A stretch of 61,094 nt of DNA, filler included, from Sphacelaria rigidula (GCA_964200075.2; 9 parts of 9 records of this genome joined end to end with filler, not necessarily neighbours in it); one strand, 5' to 3'; numbered from the whole stretch's first letter, positions 26,022-39,191 are shown. A program made the numbers and translations. Notes: generated by a model from the sequence alone, not told the origin.

Positions 26022-26927
26022 TAATAATAACAGTACTAACAATAACAATAACAATAATAACAATAATAGTAAAGATAATAATAATAATAGTAATAACAAT
26101 AACAATAATAACAATAATAACAATGATAGTAAAAACAATAATAATGATACTAATAAAGACAACCGTCATCTGGTCACCATGTTTATGTTATATCATTAGT
26201 ACCACGATGACCGGAACGTCCGCCTTCTGTGTAAAATTGTTGCTTCGCCACGTTTCCTCGTGATTTGACCATAGGACGGGGGGGGGGGTCCCGCATAGAG
26301 TACGGTGTGTCGGCAGCCCGGCGGCATGACCGTACTATGATGAGACCACGTACAGTATTGGTATTATACAATTACTCAACACTAGTATAGCGAATCGCGC
26401 ATAAGACAACTGATGTTGACTGCAGTTGTGGGATCCCCGATGTTGGATAATTCTCCCAAAATGTTGAGCAAGACGAGCCCCCGAGGTACAAGTTCGAGAT
26501 GCTGTCAACTAATAACAAGATGAGCAGCGTGAGTTCCGGCCGAGCGATAGCAGCATGCCACTGCTACCCTTGGAGGTAACACGCTTGGAATGGTAGCCCC
26601 GAAGCACAGGTCATGCCGCGTGGACGCACTGCTCATTTTGAATTTGTCGCGGGAACCAAATGTGGACTGTCAACTTTGATGTTGGGGGAAACTATTCCTA
26701 AAATACAACCCATCATGAACTTGGTTGCGTGCTACCCTCAAGTAAGAATTCACAACGTGACCCGCCGGGTGCTTGGCATGATGGTGAATGGGGTGTGACA
26801 GGTGTTGTCCAAGAGCTTCAAGATCGTGCCGATCATGGTGATGGGCAAAATTTTGGGAAACAAGGAGTATCCCTTCTACGACTACGTTGTGGCTGGGATC
26901 ATTGCCCTGGGGATCACCCTTTTCTTG
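23531..26927 (+). CDS. SLC35B2: Adenosine 3'-phospho 5'-phosphosulfate (PAPS) transporter 1-like, UAA/SLC35B family, partial; 3 exons
   Basis: Phase-consistent exons 23531-23661 ([30 protein letters not shown]...), 25318-25420 ([27 protein letters not shown]) and 26802-26927 ([32 protein letters not shown]...). [21 protein letters not shown] is the recalled PAPST1 signature. Confidence 0.9.
25945..26162 (+). repeat. Retroposon 3' end with an expanded (AAT/AAC)n tail
   Basis: ACGGGTTCGAGAGATCTAGCTAATGTG leads directly into ~180 bp of (AAT)n. The same end with a short (TAA)n tail is on the minus strand at 37353-37400. Confidence 0.8.
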
Positions 26928-27847
26928 GTGAGCAGACGGCCTTGTCTTGCGATTAGGAGCTTCGATTGCGTTGTATTCACTCTCTGATCAGGTTTTCAAC
27001 GAATTGCTGTCTTTGCGGTATATATATACTTCCTCTGTCCCATATGTAAAGTCCTTCATGGGCTTTCAATCGTTTGTGCATTCAAACTCTTCCGATCATN
27101 NNNNNNNNNNNNNNNNNNNNNNNNNNNNNNNNNNNNNNNNNNNTTAATTAATTAANNNNNNNNNNNNNNNNNNNNNNNNNNNNNNNNNNNNNNNNNNNNG
27201 CGGGTTCCTGTCGTTTGATTTACCTTTGAGCCCTTTATTCCGGGGGATCCCCCCCCCCCCCCCCCCCCCCTCCCCCCCCACGTATTGTAGCATGACTCAG
27301 CGACAGAAACTAAATGCACTCTCGCTCATGTGTATCACTTTCATCACTGATGAAACTTGTAGGTGAGACAAGATAATTGTGCCATCTCAACAGTTTCATG
27401 AATTTCATGAATTTCTGTGCATGGTGTTCGGGGTACGCGGTAGGTTTCCGACTCGGAATACGCGGGCTCGTTTTTGCTGCATGCGCGCTTTTTTTATTGC
27501 CACACGCGTGTGCGCTTTTGTGTTTCATATTTGTGAGGATAGTGTTACACTGTCAGAAAAGTCACTCACCATACAAGCAGATTGACGGTTATTTGCGAGT
27601 TCGATAATAACCGTCCTTTCCCCCCGCCAAAAAATTCTCACGCTACCTCTATCTTTTTCTGTTCTCCCCCGTCGCCCCCCTCCTTCCCCCTCCCCCTTTT
27701 TTCATGCGCCTTGTATGATTCTATTTTATTTCCTGTCTGTGTGTGCACCTCTCGTCGCTACGCTTGCTGCTACCGCCACCTCTACCGCCACCACCCTATT
27801 GCACGCCGTGGCGGCACCCGATGTCGTTACCCCCCCCTCTCCCCAAG

Positions 27848-28374
27848 ATTCAGGCGCTTCCTCCGAGCTACACGTGGAAGCCAACGGCGACGGCCCATCC
27901 GAAGCGCTTGCCCACAAACCGCTGGTTAAACCGAACACCATGCAATCCACCACCCCGTTGGCCAACGCCGTCCCTAACGGCGCCCCCCCCCCAGCCGCTG
28001 CCGTTACTGCCGGGGGTATCCCTGCCGACGTCGGTATTCCCCCCGCTGCTCCTCGTGCGTTCGGCCCCGCCAATTTGGCGGATGCGGGCGTGGTCCTACC
28101 GTCTGGTCGCGGCGCGGTGGCCGGTGCGGGTGTTGGGGATAACAGCAGTAGCAGTACTTCGGTGAGTTTTGCCGGCGGATCCGTGGCGGATTCGTCGGAT
28201 TCCGCGTCGGAGTTTTCGGCGGCATCTTCGGCGTCGACAGCGTGGACAGCCGATGGATTTCAGACTCCTGCGAGGACGGATATTCCCAGGGGTAGTGGTG
28301 GAATCAGGTGTGGTTGGTGTTGGTGTTGGCTGTTTTAGTGTGTCGTCGTTGCCATGGCCGCTGTTGCTGCTGCC

Positions 28375-28406
<32 letters not shown>

Positions 28407-31400
28407 GTTGGTATGAATGGATTGTAGATTCAGATTTGACTGCGGGGAAGGATAATTCCAAGGGCAGCGTTGGAGTGAGGTTTTGTGTTATGGGTGCGCC
28501 ATGTAATGTTATCAACCATTTATTATTTTTATGAAAGGGGTTTGGAAGGGGTGGGGTGGGGTGGGGTGGGCTTCTTCCCGCTCGGTCTGTGACCTTTTTA
28601 GCGCATGTATTATAGTAGTGTATGTACGTGCACACATCGTCTGCCCGGACCCTGTTGTTCCGATGCCAGCTGATTGTGAAAATTAAATGAAGGATGTCAC
28701 GTCAAAATATCACTTTTTGTTGTTGAAATCATTTTTTGATCCACGGTCTAAAGGTAACCAGTATAATAAGGTTCGGACGATGGGAGATTCAGTCGTTCGA
28801 GAGCATACCATCAGTTCCATTAAACAAGGAGGTGAAACTAATAACGTAATGTTGGAAGGAGACAAATTTGATCGAAAATATTACGTGATTTTCGCAAAAT
28901 AGTATTTTGTTCCACCTCTTTTTTTTTTTGTTCTTGAAAGATTCCTCTCTTCACATCTCAGCCCGAGGTGCGCCCGCCAGAGTGCGCAGGATGCGCTTTC
29001 GACTCCTACCTCTGCTTCTTCTATTTTGTTGGCCATGTATCGGTATGTGTTTTCATCTGTTGGCATATTCTGGCCGGGTGAGTCATGGCAGGTAGCTCGG
29101 CGGTGCATATTTTCGGCCGGTGAGTTAGACACACGGCATAACTTAGTTAACTCATGATATGTGTTTCCCCCAACGCTTGCTGGTCAGGTATGGTGGCGGA
29201 GGTGGAGGAAGGCATTCGTCCAATGCCTCCGCCAGCCTATCGGATGCACCACCCCCAAGCGAGAGCGGTGACTCGGTCCATGGTGCGATTGGCATGCGCA
29301 CGCCGGGCTCACACCTTGGGGGGCTGGCCGAGGGTCCTCGCGTGCCGGATACACCATCTCCGAGATCAAACCTATCCATGTCGGGATCGGGCACACCACA
29401 CGTGAGTGCTCGGGAAGCCTTGTCGGGATCGGGACCTCGTTTCAGAACATCATTATTCACGGCTGGCGAATCGGTCGGGCAGCTTCATTATTGTTCTTTG
29501 CTCTTGTGAATTCACCGCCTCTGTCCCCGTCCCTCGCTTTAGTATAGCTTTAGTATCGGGTGAGAATCCAGCCTCAATTTTCTGGGGCTAGGGCACTGAC
29601 TCTCTTCTCAGGCGTAGGCTGTTGTTGAAGTCACGTTGAAGTTCTGTGGGAATTCCTCCCCCATTGTTAGAATTTTCGTACTGATTCGATGAAAGCTTGC
29701 ACATGAAGTTTTACACACTGAATCGCATATCACCATCGCTACGCCCCCCCCTCCCCTCATTCGTACCTATTGATAATTTCTCCCATGTTACCGAAAATAA
29801 TGATCGGGTAAACAAAAAAAACAGCCACCCGAAATGCGACTGGCGCAGTTCGCGAGAGCTAACGCCGGCGCGGGCAACGACAGCGACCTGTATGGTGTGC
29901 CGGAGGTGGAAATCAATCGCTCGGCGAGCAACTTGTTCGAGAGCAACAGTCAGGGGAACAACGGCTGGCCCGGCGCCGCAGCGCACGCGAGGGAGCCCTC
30001 GACGTCCTCTTCGATGCATGCGGTCACGTCGTCTGGACGTCTCTCCGCAGATGCTTCTGCCGCCCGCGCTGGGGGGGCTGGCCTAGCGGGCGGTGGAGGT
30101 GGTGTGGGGCAGGGCGCCGAGGGAGGAGAGCGAGAAGGAGAGGAAGGCGCGTTGACGCCTGATGGGAAGGTCCCGCTGCATCCCATCAAGACTCCTACTC
30201 ACACGCGGCAACCTCGACCTAGACCGGGTGTGTGTTACGTGTGTACCTGTGTGCATGATAGATATTGACTGGCTGCAGGAGAGGGGGGGGGGGAACAATT
30301 GGCACCACCTGGCCCACTACCACCCTCGAAGAGTGTAGAAGTAGGAGGTAGCTCACTGACCTGGATGATCGAAAGTGTTTTTTCATCCCGATTCCCTCCT
30401 CGGGACGAGTGCGTACGCAGTCTCGAAGGAATCGACCCATCATTTCGTTTCCCCCGCACCTCGAGCATCGGAGGATGACTTTGATAACGTTCTGGTTTTT
30501 TATGTTCTCTATCGGATGATGACTCCGGAGTATGTACTTGTGTCGTCACTTTGTTGACAGAGGAAAAGCAGCACCAGAGTAAACTGTTTGTTGTCCGAGT
30601 GGGGTTTGATCCTACTGCTCCACCGCGCCTAAAGTCGCTGACGGCGTGTGACGCTCTTTGCCACCGGGGCAGATAGATGATCAGTCAGCCCAAACCATAG
30701 TGGCATCTTCACAGTTTGACATCATCTCCCTTCACGAATTGTGTGTAATCAGGAGAACAACTCATCTTGACTGCGTATCTTCAGTGCACTTGGGCGAATG
30801 CGCAGACCCGCGTCATACCAGAATGATAGCACTGTCGGAATATGACACATACATACTACGTTGTATAGGTGAACGGGGTTCGCCCAGAGCGGGTGTACAG
30901 CTCACATCACTCAGTACTGTAGGCGTAGAGCTTAAATAGGTCCTCCCTCAGTGTAGGGTATACGGAGTGTGCGGGTACACGGCGTGCGTTGGGTTTTACG
31001 GGTCTCGCTGATGACCAAGGACGAGAAGGAGAGTAACTGTACAGACGTGGGCGGTGGGACGAGGAGCATGACTATGATTTAAACGGGAGATTGTGGGATC
31101 ACACGCCCAGGGCTGATCAAGCGTGGGTCACTGAAGCTCGCAAGGTTTTGACAGGCCCGGGTCATGAATGGGCCAGTCGGGTCAAACACATGTCCAATAC
31201 TAGGGAATGACTGTAATGCTCCCTCAGTGGTCTGTCTTATGATACTTCATCGGGTTTTTTTCACAGAAGTATCGTGAGCTATTGTAAGTGTCCATCTCTT
31301 GAAAAAGATGCTTATCTATGCACCATCGCCGCACTGCCATCACATCGCCACTACTGCGCAGGTATCAACGGGGCCGGCCCCGATGTCGGAGGACTCACCC

Positions 31401-32774
31401 GGAAAAGGTCCAATCGCTCTTCCAATCGGTCCAGCAAGACCTTGGGCGGCACGTCCGCCGGAAGCGGGTCGCCCGTGGAGATGGACAGCGGCGGATCGGG
31501 TCGATCTGGGTTTGATACTGCGGAGTTGGCCGCTGCGGGGTGGGCATCGGGTCGAGGTGAGGGTGGTGTGTGTGTGATCAGCACAGCCTGGATAATGACA
31601 GAAGATAACATCCTTGAAAAATGTACTGCATGCGGTATGGAATCTATTGACCATCGCAGTAGACGCAATAGTCGATACTGTACGCAGTACACTTTTCGAC
31701 AATGTCATCTGTTGTCCACGGTGTGATTATGAGACACTCCACGCCGAGGGTTGAACGTCTAGAGAGCGCTGAACATCAAAAGGCTTGGACAAACTTTGTG
31801 ATCAAGTGGGCTACTGCGTGTTGCCATCTCGTCTTGGTATTCGTGGGCGCATTGGCGGGGGTGACAGAAGGAAAGTCAACACTGGAGTCTTTTTTCCCTC
31901 ATGTGTTGGAGCACTACACCTGACCTTCCTTCTGAGGTGCCCGCTTTTTTTTTTTTTCATCGCGAGAAGGGTTCGGCGGTCCCTTCCCTTGTTGACCGTG
32001 AAGTCGAACCTCGTGTACTCACCACATGGTCGCCCTCCAATGTTCGGTGTGATGGGTGCAAAAAGCATGCAAGATCGTGCGACGCGGCGGAGATTCGAAC
32101 GCATGTTCCAACCGTCGGAAGATTTTGCTACCGCAGTCAACAAAAAGGATATAATACTATTCACCAACATACTCGAAGATGTAAATATCATATTCCTTTT
32201 TGTTCGGAGGGATACACCACTGCCAAAAGTTCACGCCTGTCGTGCAGTGTTGTACTATTGCACGGTGAGTAAACTTGAAGCACACGTGGGGGGGTTTTCG
32301 CCACAGTGCAGTAACATCACTCGTCACCATTCCCATACGCTGTACTGATATCAGGTAACCGCACTATAACAGTACAAAGTGGGTCCCGATATAATGATGC
32401 GGTCACTAAGGGGCTCGTGACCCACCGCACTGTACTAGCACCCAATGCAACAATGAAAGAACAGCCTCTTCTTTTTCTTTACACGAACTTGTATGATGGC
32501 TGGATCTGTCAGGGACTAGTTAACGTGCAACGATCAATAAATCACTCAATCATTTGAACATGAAGTAAAACATCACTCTCGCACAGGAGGAGCTTTCTCG
32601 GCCGGCGGTAACGGGGTGGACGAGGTTACTAGGAGCTTTGCCGAGGAGGCAGAGCTGGAGGCATTGCAGATCGATAAGAACGATCTGAAGCTGGTGTTTG
32701 GCCGTCCGTTTGCCAGGGGAAAGACGTCCGAAGTTTATCAGGTCACGCACGCGGGAAAGAACAGGGCGGCGAAG
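27848..32774 (+). CDS. Protein kinase, probably TKL group, with a long Gly/Ser/Ala-rich N-terminus, partial; 5 exons
   Basis: Phase-consistent exons ~27848 (or ATG 27940)-28307, 29188-29401, 29825-30227, 31362-31556 and 32587-32774. The last encodes LQIDKNDLKLVFGRPFARGKTSEVYQVTHAGKNRAAK, which corresponds to kinase subdomains I-II. Confidence 0.8.
31843..32135 (-). mobile_element. tRNA-derived SINE family 1, diverged copy
   Basis: The reverse complement matches the body of 2219 (GGGAAGGGAC...TCTCGCGAT, CTCCAGTGTTGACTTTCC) and carries a B-box GTTCGAATC. Confidence 0.7.
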
Positions 32775-35397
32775 GTAATTCCATGTTGTGTTCCGCCCTT
32801 GTTTGCTGCTCTCGACCACGGGCTGGATTTTTGCAATCAGCTAATGTGAAATAATCAATCAATCGATCGATCAATATAGGTCGTTCCTTTTAAACAGGGT
32901 GCTGGTTGGTCTGTTTTGGAGTTCCCGTTGGTGTTATTAGCAAGTGCGGCGTTCGTTCAGTGTTTAATTCGAGCTTGAGTACCGTTACGTGTAAAATGTT
33001 GTGACCCGCAGCCGATCGTTTCGAGGTTTTCTCCTTTACTCTCAATTATTCAACCATGTTGTGTTATGTTATGAACTCTAGTCCTGGGGGCGATTTTAAC
33101 AGTTTGACCGCTAAAGAAAATTATCTAGGTCATACTCCCTTTCCTCTCCTCAACTAATTTTCTCCTGTTTTGTCTCTTGTTTTTCTTGAGTTTAGTGCGC
33201 TTGTTTCCATCTATCTGTCTTCCTCTATCATGTAGCCCGCTTTTCAAGCTTTTTTTTACAAGTGTTCCCGTTTTGTTCACCTTGAGCACGGTAGGTAGGT
33301 GTTTTGGATAATGACCACTACTGGATCTGTCGGGAATCAGTTGATGTCAATGCACGCCAATCAGTCGTTCAATCAATAGAGGCACGAGGGTATGAAAACG
33401 AACTGGGGGTACTGTCGAATCATAATCTCATGTTGGAGGGAGCTCAGTAGCGCTCGTGAGAAAAGCTGGCCATGATCATGCTTGATGCATTCTAGTGTGT
33501 ACCGTTGTGATGGTGCTGTTGATATTGAAAAATTGGACACAAAACTGTTGTTTTGGTGAAACGAACAACTGGGAAGCAGGTGGTGTAGTGCAGTATTTTT
33601 GAAAGGAACGAGAGCAGCTAGTCGAGAATCGCCAGCAGATGCTGATACATTAGTCTGAAGTCTGAAGCAGTGTTTGAACAACGTGGCCGCAGCGCCCGTA
33701 CCCTCCTCCGTCCCTGTAGGGCGCAAACCCAGTAGATGATCACGTACTGCGGCGAGGATCCAATTTCCCCTTTCATTCTCTTTTTTGTCGGTCATCTATT
33801 TCTTCACTTTGCCGTTGTTCCCCGCGTCGTCCCCCCCCCCCCCTCTTCTCCTTTTTCTTTTTTATTTTTTTTTGTTCCGTCTTCTCTCCTCTTCCTCTNN
33901 NNNNNNNNNNNNNNNNNNNNNNNNNNNNNNNNNNNNNNNNNNTTAATTAATTAANNNNNNNNNNNNNNNNNNNNNNNNNNNNNNNNNNNNNNNNNNNNTC
34001 TTTGTCAGGGCTTCTCATAATGAGGCGTCTGGCCCGGGGACGGGAGGGGAGGGTTCCAACAGGGTTAAAACCCCCCAAAATGGGCTCATCTACTACTGCT
34101 GGCCCCAAACTGATTCCTACATTTTGAATTGTGTGGAACGTGGATACATTTCGAAATACGTTTGGCCCCGAATCGCACCATTTCGTTTCTCCGCAGCCCT
34201 AACAGCTCACCAGTCCGTTGTTATGCCCAAAAATGCTCGCCGTCATATTTTTCATGACTACTTTCCTTTTCTCATTTTTTTTCGACATTTTTTTACCCCC
34301 TTAAGCTTTTGTAGTTGTTGTTTTCGTTGTCTTCACATGAAAAAAAATCCATTATCTGCGCAGTACTTTGTACTGGACATCTGATCTGGACGCCTTCCGT
34401 GGTCGCAGGCCAACTACCCGATATAACATATGACGAAATAAATTCATAAAAAAAGTCATGACTGAAAAAATCACACAGACGCAATAAAAAATATATATAC
34501 TTCTAACTCTACAAGTGCCATAGGGGCGAAATACGGTCGTTTTGGGGCAACTCAGAATTTTCCGGGCATTCGGCCGCATGGTCAACACGGACTTGGGTCA
34601 AAGAAAAAGAATAAAAAATATGGGTTCCGACTGGTGAGAACTGGAAAAAACGAAGAAAACAAGAAAAAATCGGACACGGTCAAGGGTCCGTAAAAACATG
34701 GGTCACCTGAAACCTACGGAACAGGGAAAGAACGGTACGTCCCCGGCTTTGTGTTAAATGTATCACAATTTTATTTCAGAACAATAGCGCGAATTCCCCT
34801 CGGATCTTCCACCAGACGTTTCTCATGTGTGTCCCGACTGTCTCGTCGTCACACATCATCACGAACGGCTGGGATGCTTAATGTGTGACAGACACGGATG
34901 GCTTAGGAATCGATCGGTTCCAAGTGTCAACCATCTTTTCATTTTCAACTCACGTCGTTTCATTACATGCGTGTATTGTTTGCTCTTTTCTTTCCCTGTA
35001 TTTTCCTCTATTTTGTTCTAGATCGGCCACTCCTTTTTGTGCTTTGCTTTCGTTGACTCTTATTTTTAACGTCTCAGTCTACGATGTCGTTCTGTTCGAC
35101 TTTTTCTGTTCCTTTTTTTTCTTCAGCGAGTGTTTCAATCTTGTTTTTCTTGGGTACGCCTATCATGTGACCACCGCTGGACCCCTGGGGGGTCAGTTAA
35201 AGTGCGACAATCAATCATTTTCTATCAATCGATCAATCAAAGTTGTGAACCCGGGTACACGTGTGTTCAACATCCCATTCAAAACCTTCGCTGTCCTCTT
35301 CGACAAGCACTCAGTACACGTCATCACAGCCAACGATGATGAATGAACTCTTCACTGCCTTGGCTGAGATTGCTCTTGATGTGCGTTGCGGCGGAAG

Positions 35398-35975
35398 TCC
35401 CAGGTAGGTGCCTTCGAAGATATTCATATTTCGGGTGCTAAGAAACCATGGTTGTGCCTGGGCGCAGCCCAGTGCTTCTTACTATCAAACCGGACCGGAC
35501 CGGTGAGTATATACTTACAGATTCCAGAAGGTATTGTTCCAAATACCTTGTAAAACGATCATATTTCGGGCGAGGGTAATATATTATGGTTGTGCCCAGG
35601 CCCAACCCAGTGTTCCTGAGTGACAGACCGCACCGGATCGGACCGGGTCTTGTAGGTACTTTATAGACTCGAGGAGGTACCGCTGCATACACCCTGTAAG
35701 ATATTCATATTCCGGGTGAGGCTAATATATCATGGTTGTCTGTGCCCAACCCAGTGTCTCTCACTAGTAGACCGGATCGGGCCGGTTCTGTACGTACTTA
35801 CACAGACCCCAGGAGATGCCGTTGCAAGTACCTTGTGAGGTAATAGTATATTGCGTGAGCCCAAGACATGATGATTGTACCCGGGTCTGACGCAGTGTTT
35901 CTTGCTGACAAATCGGACCCGACCGGACCGGACCGGTCCAGTGCGAGATCAAACAGATATCAGGAGGTACCTTCC
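35398..35975. repeat. Degenerate tandem repeat, about 4 copies of ~140 bp
   Basis: Recurrent ATATTCATATTnCGGGTG..CATGGTTGTG..CCCAGTG..ACCGGAnCGGnCCGG..CAGGAGGTACC. Confidence 0.8.
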
Positions 35976-36419
35976 CGAATATCTTTACCATGGGATACGT
36001 GGTACGTACGTCAGCTGCGGTGTGGTCACAAGAAAGGCGCCCGCACATTTCCTCAAAGCCAGCGCCGACACGGAACTACTATTGATACAGTGTTTCCGAC
36101 GAAATGAAGCATGAACGTACCTGAGCTTGCTTCGAGGGGGCGGGACCACGTAGCCCCCGTCCCCGGGTTGATGGGAGAGAGGCGGTGGGTTCAATTGTCG
36201 AGGCATTTCCTGGAACAGCGGAGAAGAGAGAGGGCGGCGGAAGGGGGAAGGGGGAAGGGAAGCTGACGGACGCTGCCAAGAGAGAGAAGGGGTGCGTCAT
36301 GAGAAGATGAGACGTTGGTTGGGTGGTGTAATGGGGGGCGTGTGTATTGATTGATCGATATTGTAAAAAAAAATTCAGTCGCACTTTGAACCCCTCCCCT
36401 TCCTCGGGATGCGTCCGTG

Positions 36420-36681
36420 GTCTCAAGGGATCACCAACCCATCTCTCCCTCGGTACGCGCCTTGCATTTTGGTCTCGCGGGTTGGGTCATGACTATCAGC
36501 AGTCCCGTACCGCGTCAACTCACGTCAAGCAAACTCGGTCGACTACTTTGTTTACATGACATCTCCTCACGCTTTCCACGGTGGAAATCAGACATTGCGA
36601 AAAAAAAAAAACGCATCGGGAATTGAACCCTCGTTCTCTCCACACTGATGGCATCGGCCGGACCACTACACCACCGGGGCG
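36420..36681 (-). mobile_element. tRNA-derived SINE family 2
   Basis: Minus strand GCCCCGGTGGTGTAGTGG...GGTTCAATTCCCGATGCG, with the body shared with 20403-20522. Confidence 0.75.
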
Positions 36682-37839
36682 CGTCGGCAATCTGACAGAG
36701 TGAGTGAAAGATTGTGGAAAATGGACTAATGCCCAAGGATTCCAGGCGGGATCGAAAGATAAGACAGACGCATCCAGGGTGAACAAAACGGGAAACACCT
36801 GCTGGAGGAGACAAGGGACGGGAAACGATTGAAACAAAAAAAACTGAAAGACCACGGAAGGAGAAATCAGCAGACAAAAAAAAAATGAGGATCGAAACTC
36901 AAAAATGCCCTCGTGTAAAAAGTCATTTCCAAGTGCGCTCGTCCGTGTTACGTCACCGCCAACGTTTGCGTCACTGGAGTTGTATGTACGACTTACACTA
37001 TACCAGACGTTCGATTCACATATAGATAGGTAAAGGTGAAAATGTCCACATGAAATGGTGCATACAAAATACATACCCGGCGGGAATGGTTCGGCTTTTT
37101 TTTTTCTTCCTTTCCTTGAAAGTTCGGTTTTGCTCGAACAAGAAAAAAGAGAAGGAAGGAAAACGTGCCGCTGCTTTCTCTCTCGTGAAGAGTTATAATC
37201 TAGCTAGCCTATGCAGAGCAAAACTACCACGTACTTAGTTGTTCCCCCTCCTGAAACACGAACTCCCCCCCCCCCTTTCCCTCTCAGGGAAAAAAACATC
37301 CACAGAGAACCTGCATCAGGAGCCATGCTATCATTGTTGTCTACACTACTGTTCTTATTATTATTCTCGCACATTAGTCCGGTCTCTCGAACCCGTGGTC
37401 CCTGCTATTCCTCACAAGACATGGAGTTATCATCGTTTCTTCTCGGGCTTCGAACAAAATGAAAAAACTAAACGAACAAAACAACAACGAATGAAGATAA
37501 GAGAGCACGGGTTTCCAGAACCCTACTCGGTGAGGGGGCACCCACCTCCAGATTTCGAACGAAGAACTCCCACCCACACTCCGAGCCGTCCACGTCCATC
37601 AGGTCATACACATCGTCTGGGGTTTCCAATGCCAACCCGCCCTGGAAAAAGACGGAGTGGTTGGTCGTCACGCCTATATATGTACGTATGTGTGTACGTA
37701 CATACGTGCTTAGCACACGCAATGCAGATCGTGGAATATATATTTTTTTTAGAAAAGAAAAAAAATGGACACGTCTAGTATGCATGCTTGCCGCTGCAGG
37801 TTTGCACGTCGATGTCCCTCTGCACTGTACATTGACTAC

Positions 37840-38132
37840 TTGATGACTAATTTGATTGATTGCTTAATTGATAGACGTATTTGATTGTTTGGATAATTTT
37901 ATTGATTGATCAATTCATTGAGTAAATTGATCGGCTGCTTGACTAATATGACTGGTTGACTGACGAACATGATTGATTGATTGATTGACTGATATGATTG
38001 ATTGGTTGACGAATTTCATTTACTAATTTCATTTACTAATTTCATTTACCAATATCATCGACTAATTTCATCGACTAATTTCAATGACTAAATTTGATTT
38101 CATTATACTGACTTATTCGATTGATTGATTCC
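37840..38132. repeat. Degenerate (TTGA)n and 12-bp AATTTCATTTACT-type low-complexity repeat
   Basis: Seen directly in the sequence. Confidence 0.85.
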
Positions 38133-38691
38133 TCAACATAGAGAACTGACTCGCCACGAAGCATACAAGCCTAATAGCCACGGTCATTAGGTGAAACGTG
38201 TCTCAAGTAGGACAAAACTGAAAGTAACACTCGCTGAGGAAGCCCATTTTCAGTCCCGGGGCCTGACGGACAACAACAAGAGGGGCGCTGTACTGCAATG
38301 CACTGTACTATCCTGCACTCCCAACAAGGCGAAAAAACTGCAATGTGAATATTTCCATCTCCAATCTTCGCTACATATTGTGTTTCAATTGATTGTCGCA
38401 CACAAACTGATCCACATACTGGAAAATATATGGTCATTCGTCGCAACAGGCAAAAAGAAATGCACTGCGTAAAGTATGGGCATATTGCAACTATTGTCGG
38501 CAATACTTTACGCAGTACATTTTTGGTCTATTGAAACTATTGACCATATATGGTCATTGTCCAGGGTGTAGCCAACAATAGTTGCAATAGCCCTATACTT
38601 TACCCATCACATTTTTGGTATATTGCAACTACTGACCATATATTGTCCATAGTATGAACTGATCCTCGAGGCATCCAGCCGTGGTCACGAG

Positions 38692-38797
38692 TAGGCTGTT
38701 ACTTATTATGCTAGCATGGTTTTACTCGCGACCCCACATTATTTCCAAGATAAAATATTTCTTCAAAAGCCGTGCTAGCATAATAAGTAAAAGCCTA
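38692..38797. mobile_element. Tiny hAT-like MITE (106 bp)
   Basis: 28-bp TIRs TAGGCTGTTACTTATTATGCTAGCATGG / CCGTGCTAGCATAATAAGTAAAAGCCTA. Flanks GTCACGAG / GTCACAAA match at 6 of 8 positions. Confidence 0.75.
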
Positions 38798-38809
38798 GTC
38801 ACAAAATTC

Positions 38810-39067
38810 CGCGATTAAAACGAATCATGGCCGGTTCGAATCACCAAATCCACTATTTTTTAGGCCCGATTGTTTCAAAGAAAGAAAAAAGTCAACCGCT
38901 GGTCAAACAGGTCTCCACGCAATTTTTGCGCCATTCCACGTGCCTGGGCTGCGCGTACCTGGGTTGCAAAGCTGAAAACAAAACCTGGGGATTAATTCGT
39001 ACGGTACAAACCACATACACTAAAATCAAGTAATTTCCAGACGAATCATTGATTCGTCCGAGCCTTG
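38810..39067. mobile_element. hAT-type MITE family A, copy 3 (258 bp)
   Basis: Body homologous to 1230-1487, with TSD CAAAATTC (38802-38809) / CAAGATTC (39068-39075). Confidence 0.88.
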
Positions 39068-39148
39068 CAAGATTCGTCGACGTAACCAACAACGTAAACG
39101 AAACGGACAACGCCTCCTAAAAAAGAAGACAAAACATATTAGAAGGGA

Positions 39149-39191
<43 letters not shown>

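Noticed and set aside
25813..26199. Poly-Ile/Asn/Leu ORFs (and poly-Met at 2582-2770)
   Set aside because: They are translations of intronic microsatellites.
36121..36209. Isolated minus-strand exon-like segment (pyrimidine tract, CAG...GTACGT)
   Set aside because: No recognisable protein or partner exon, and it conflicts in strand with the candidate plus-strand exon nearby.
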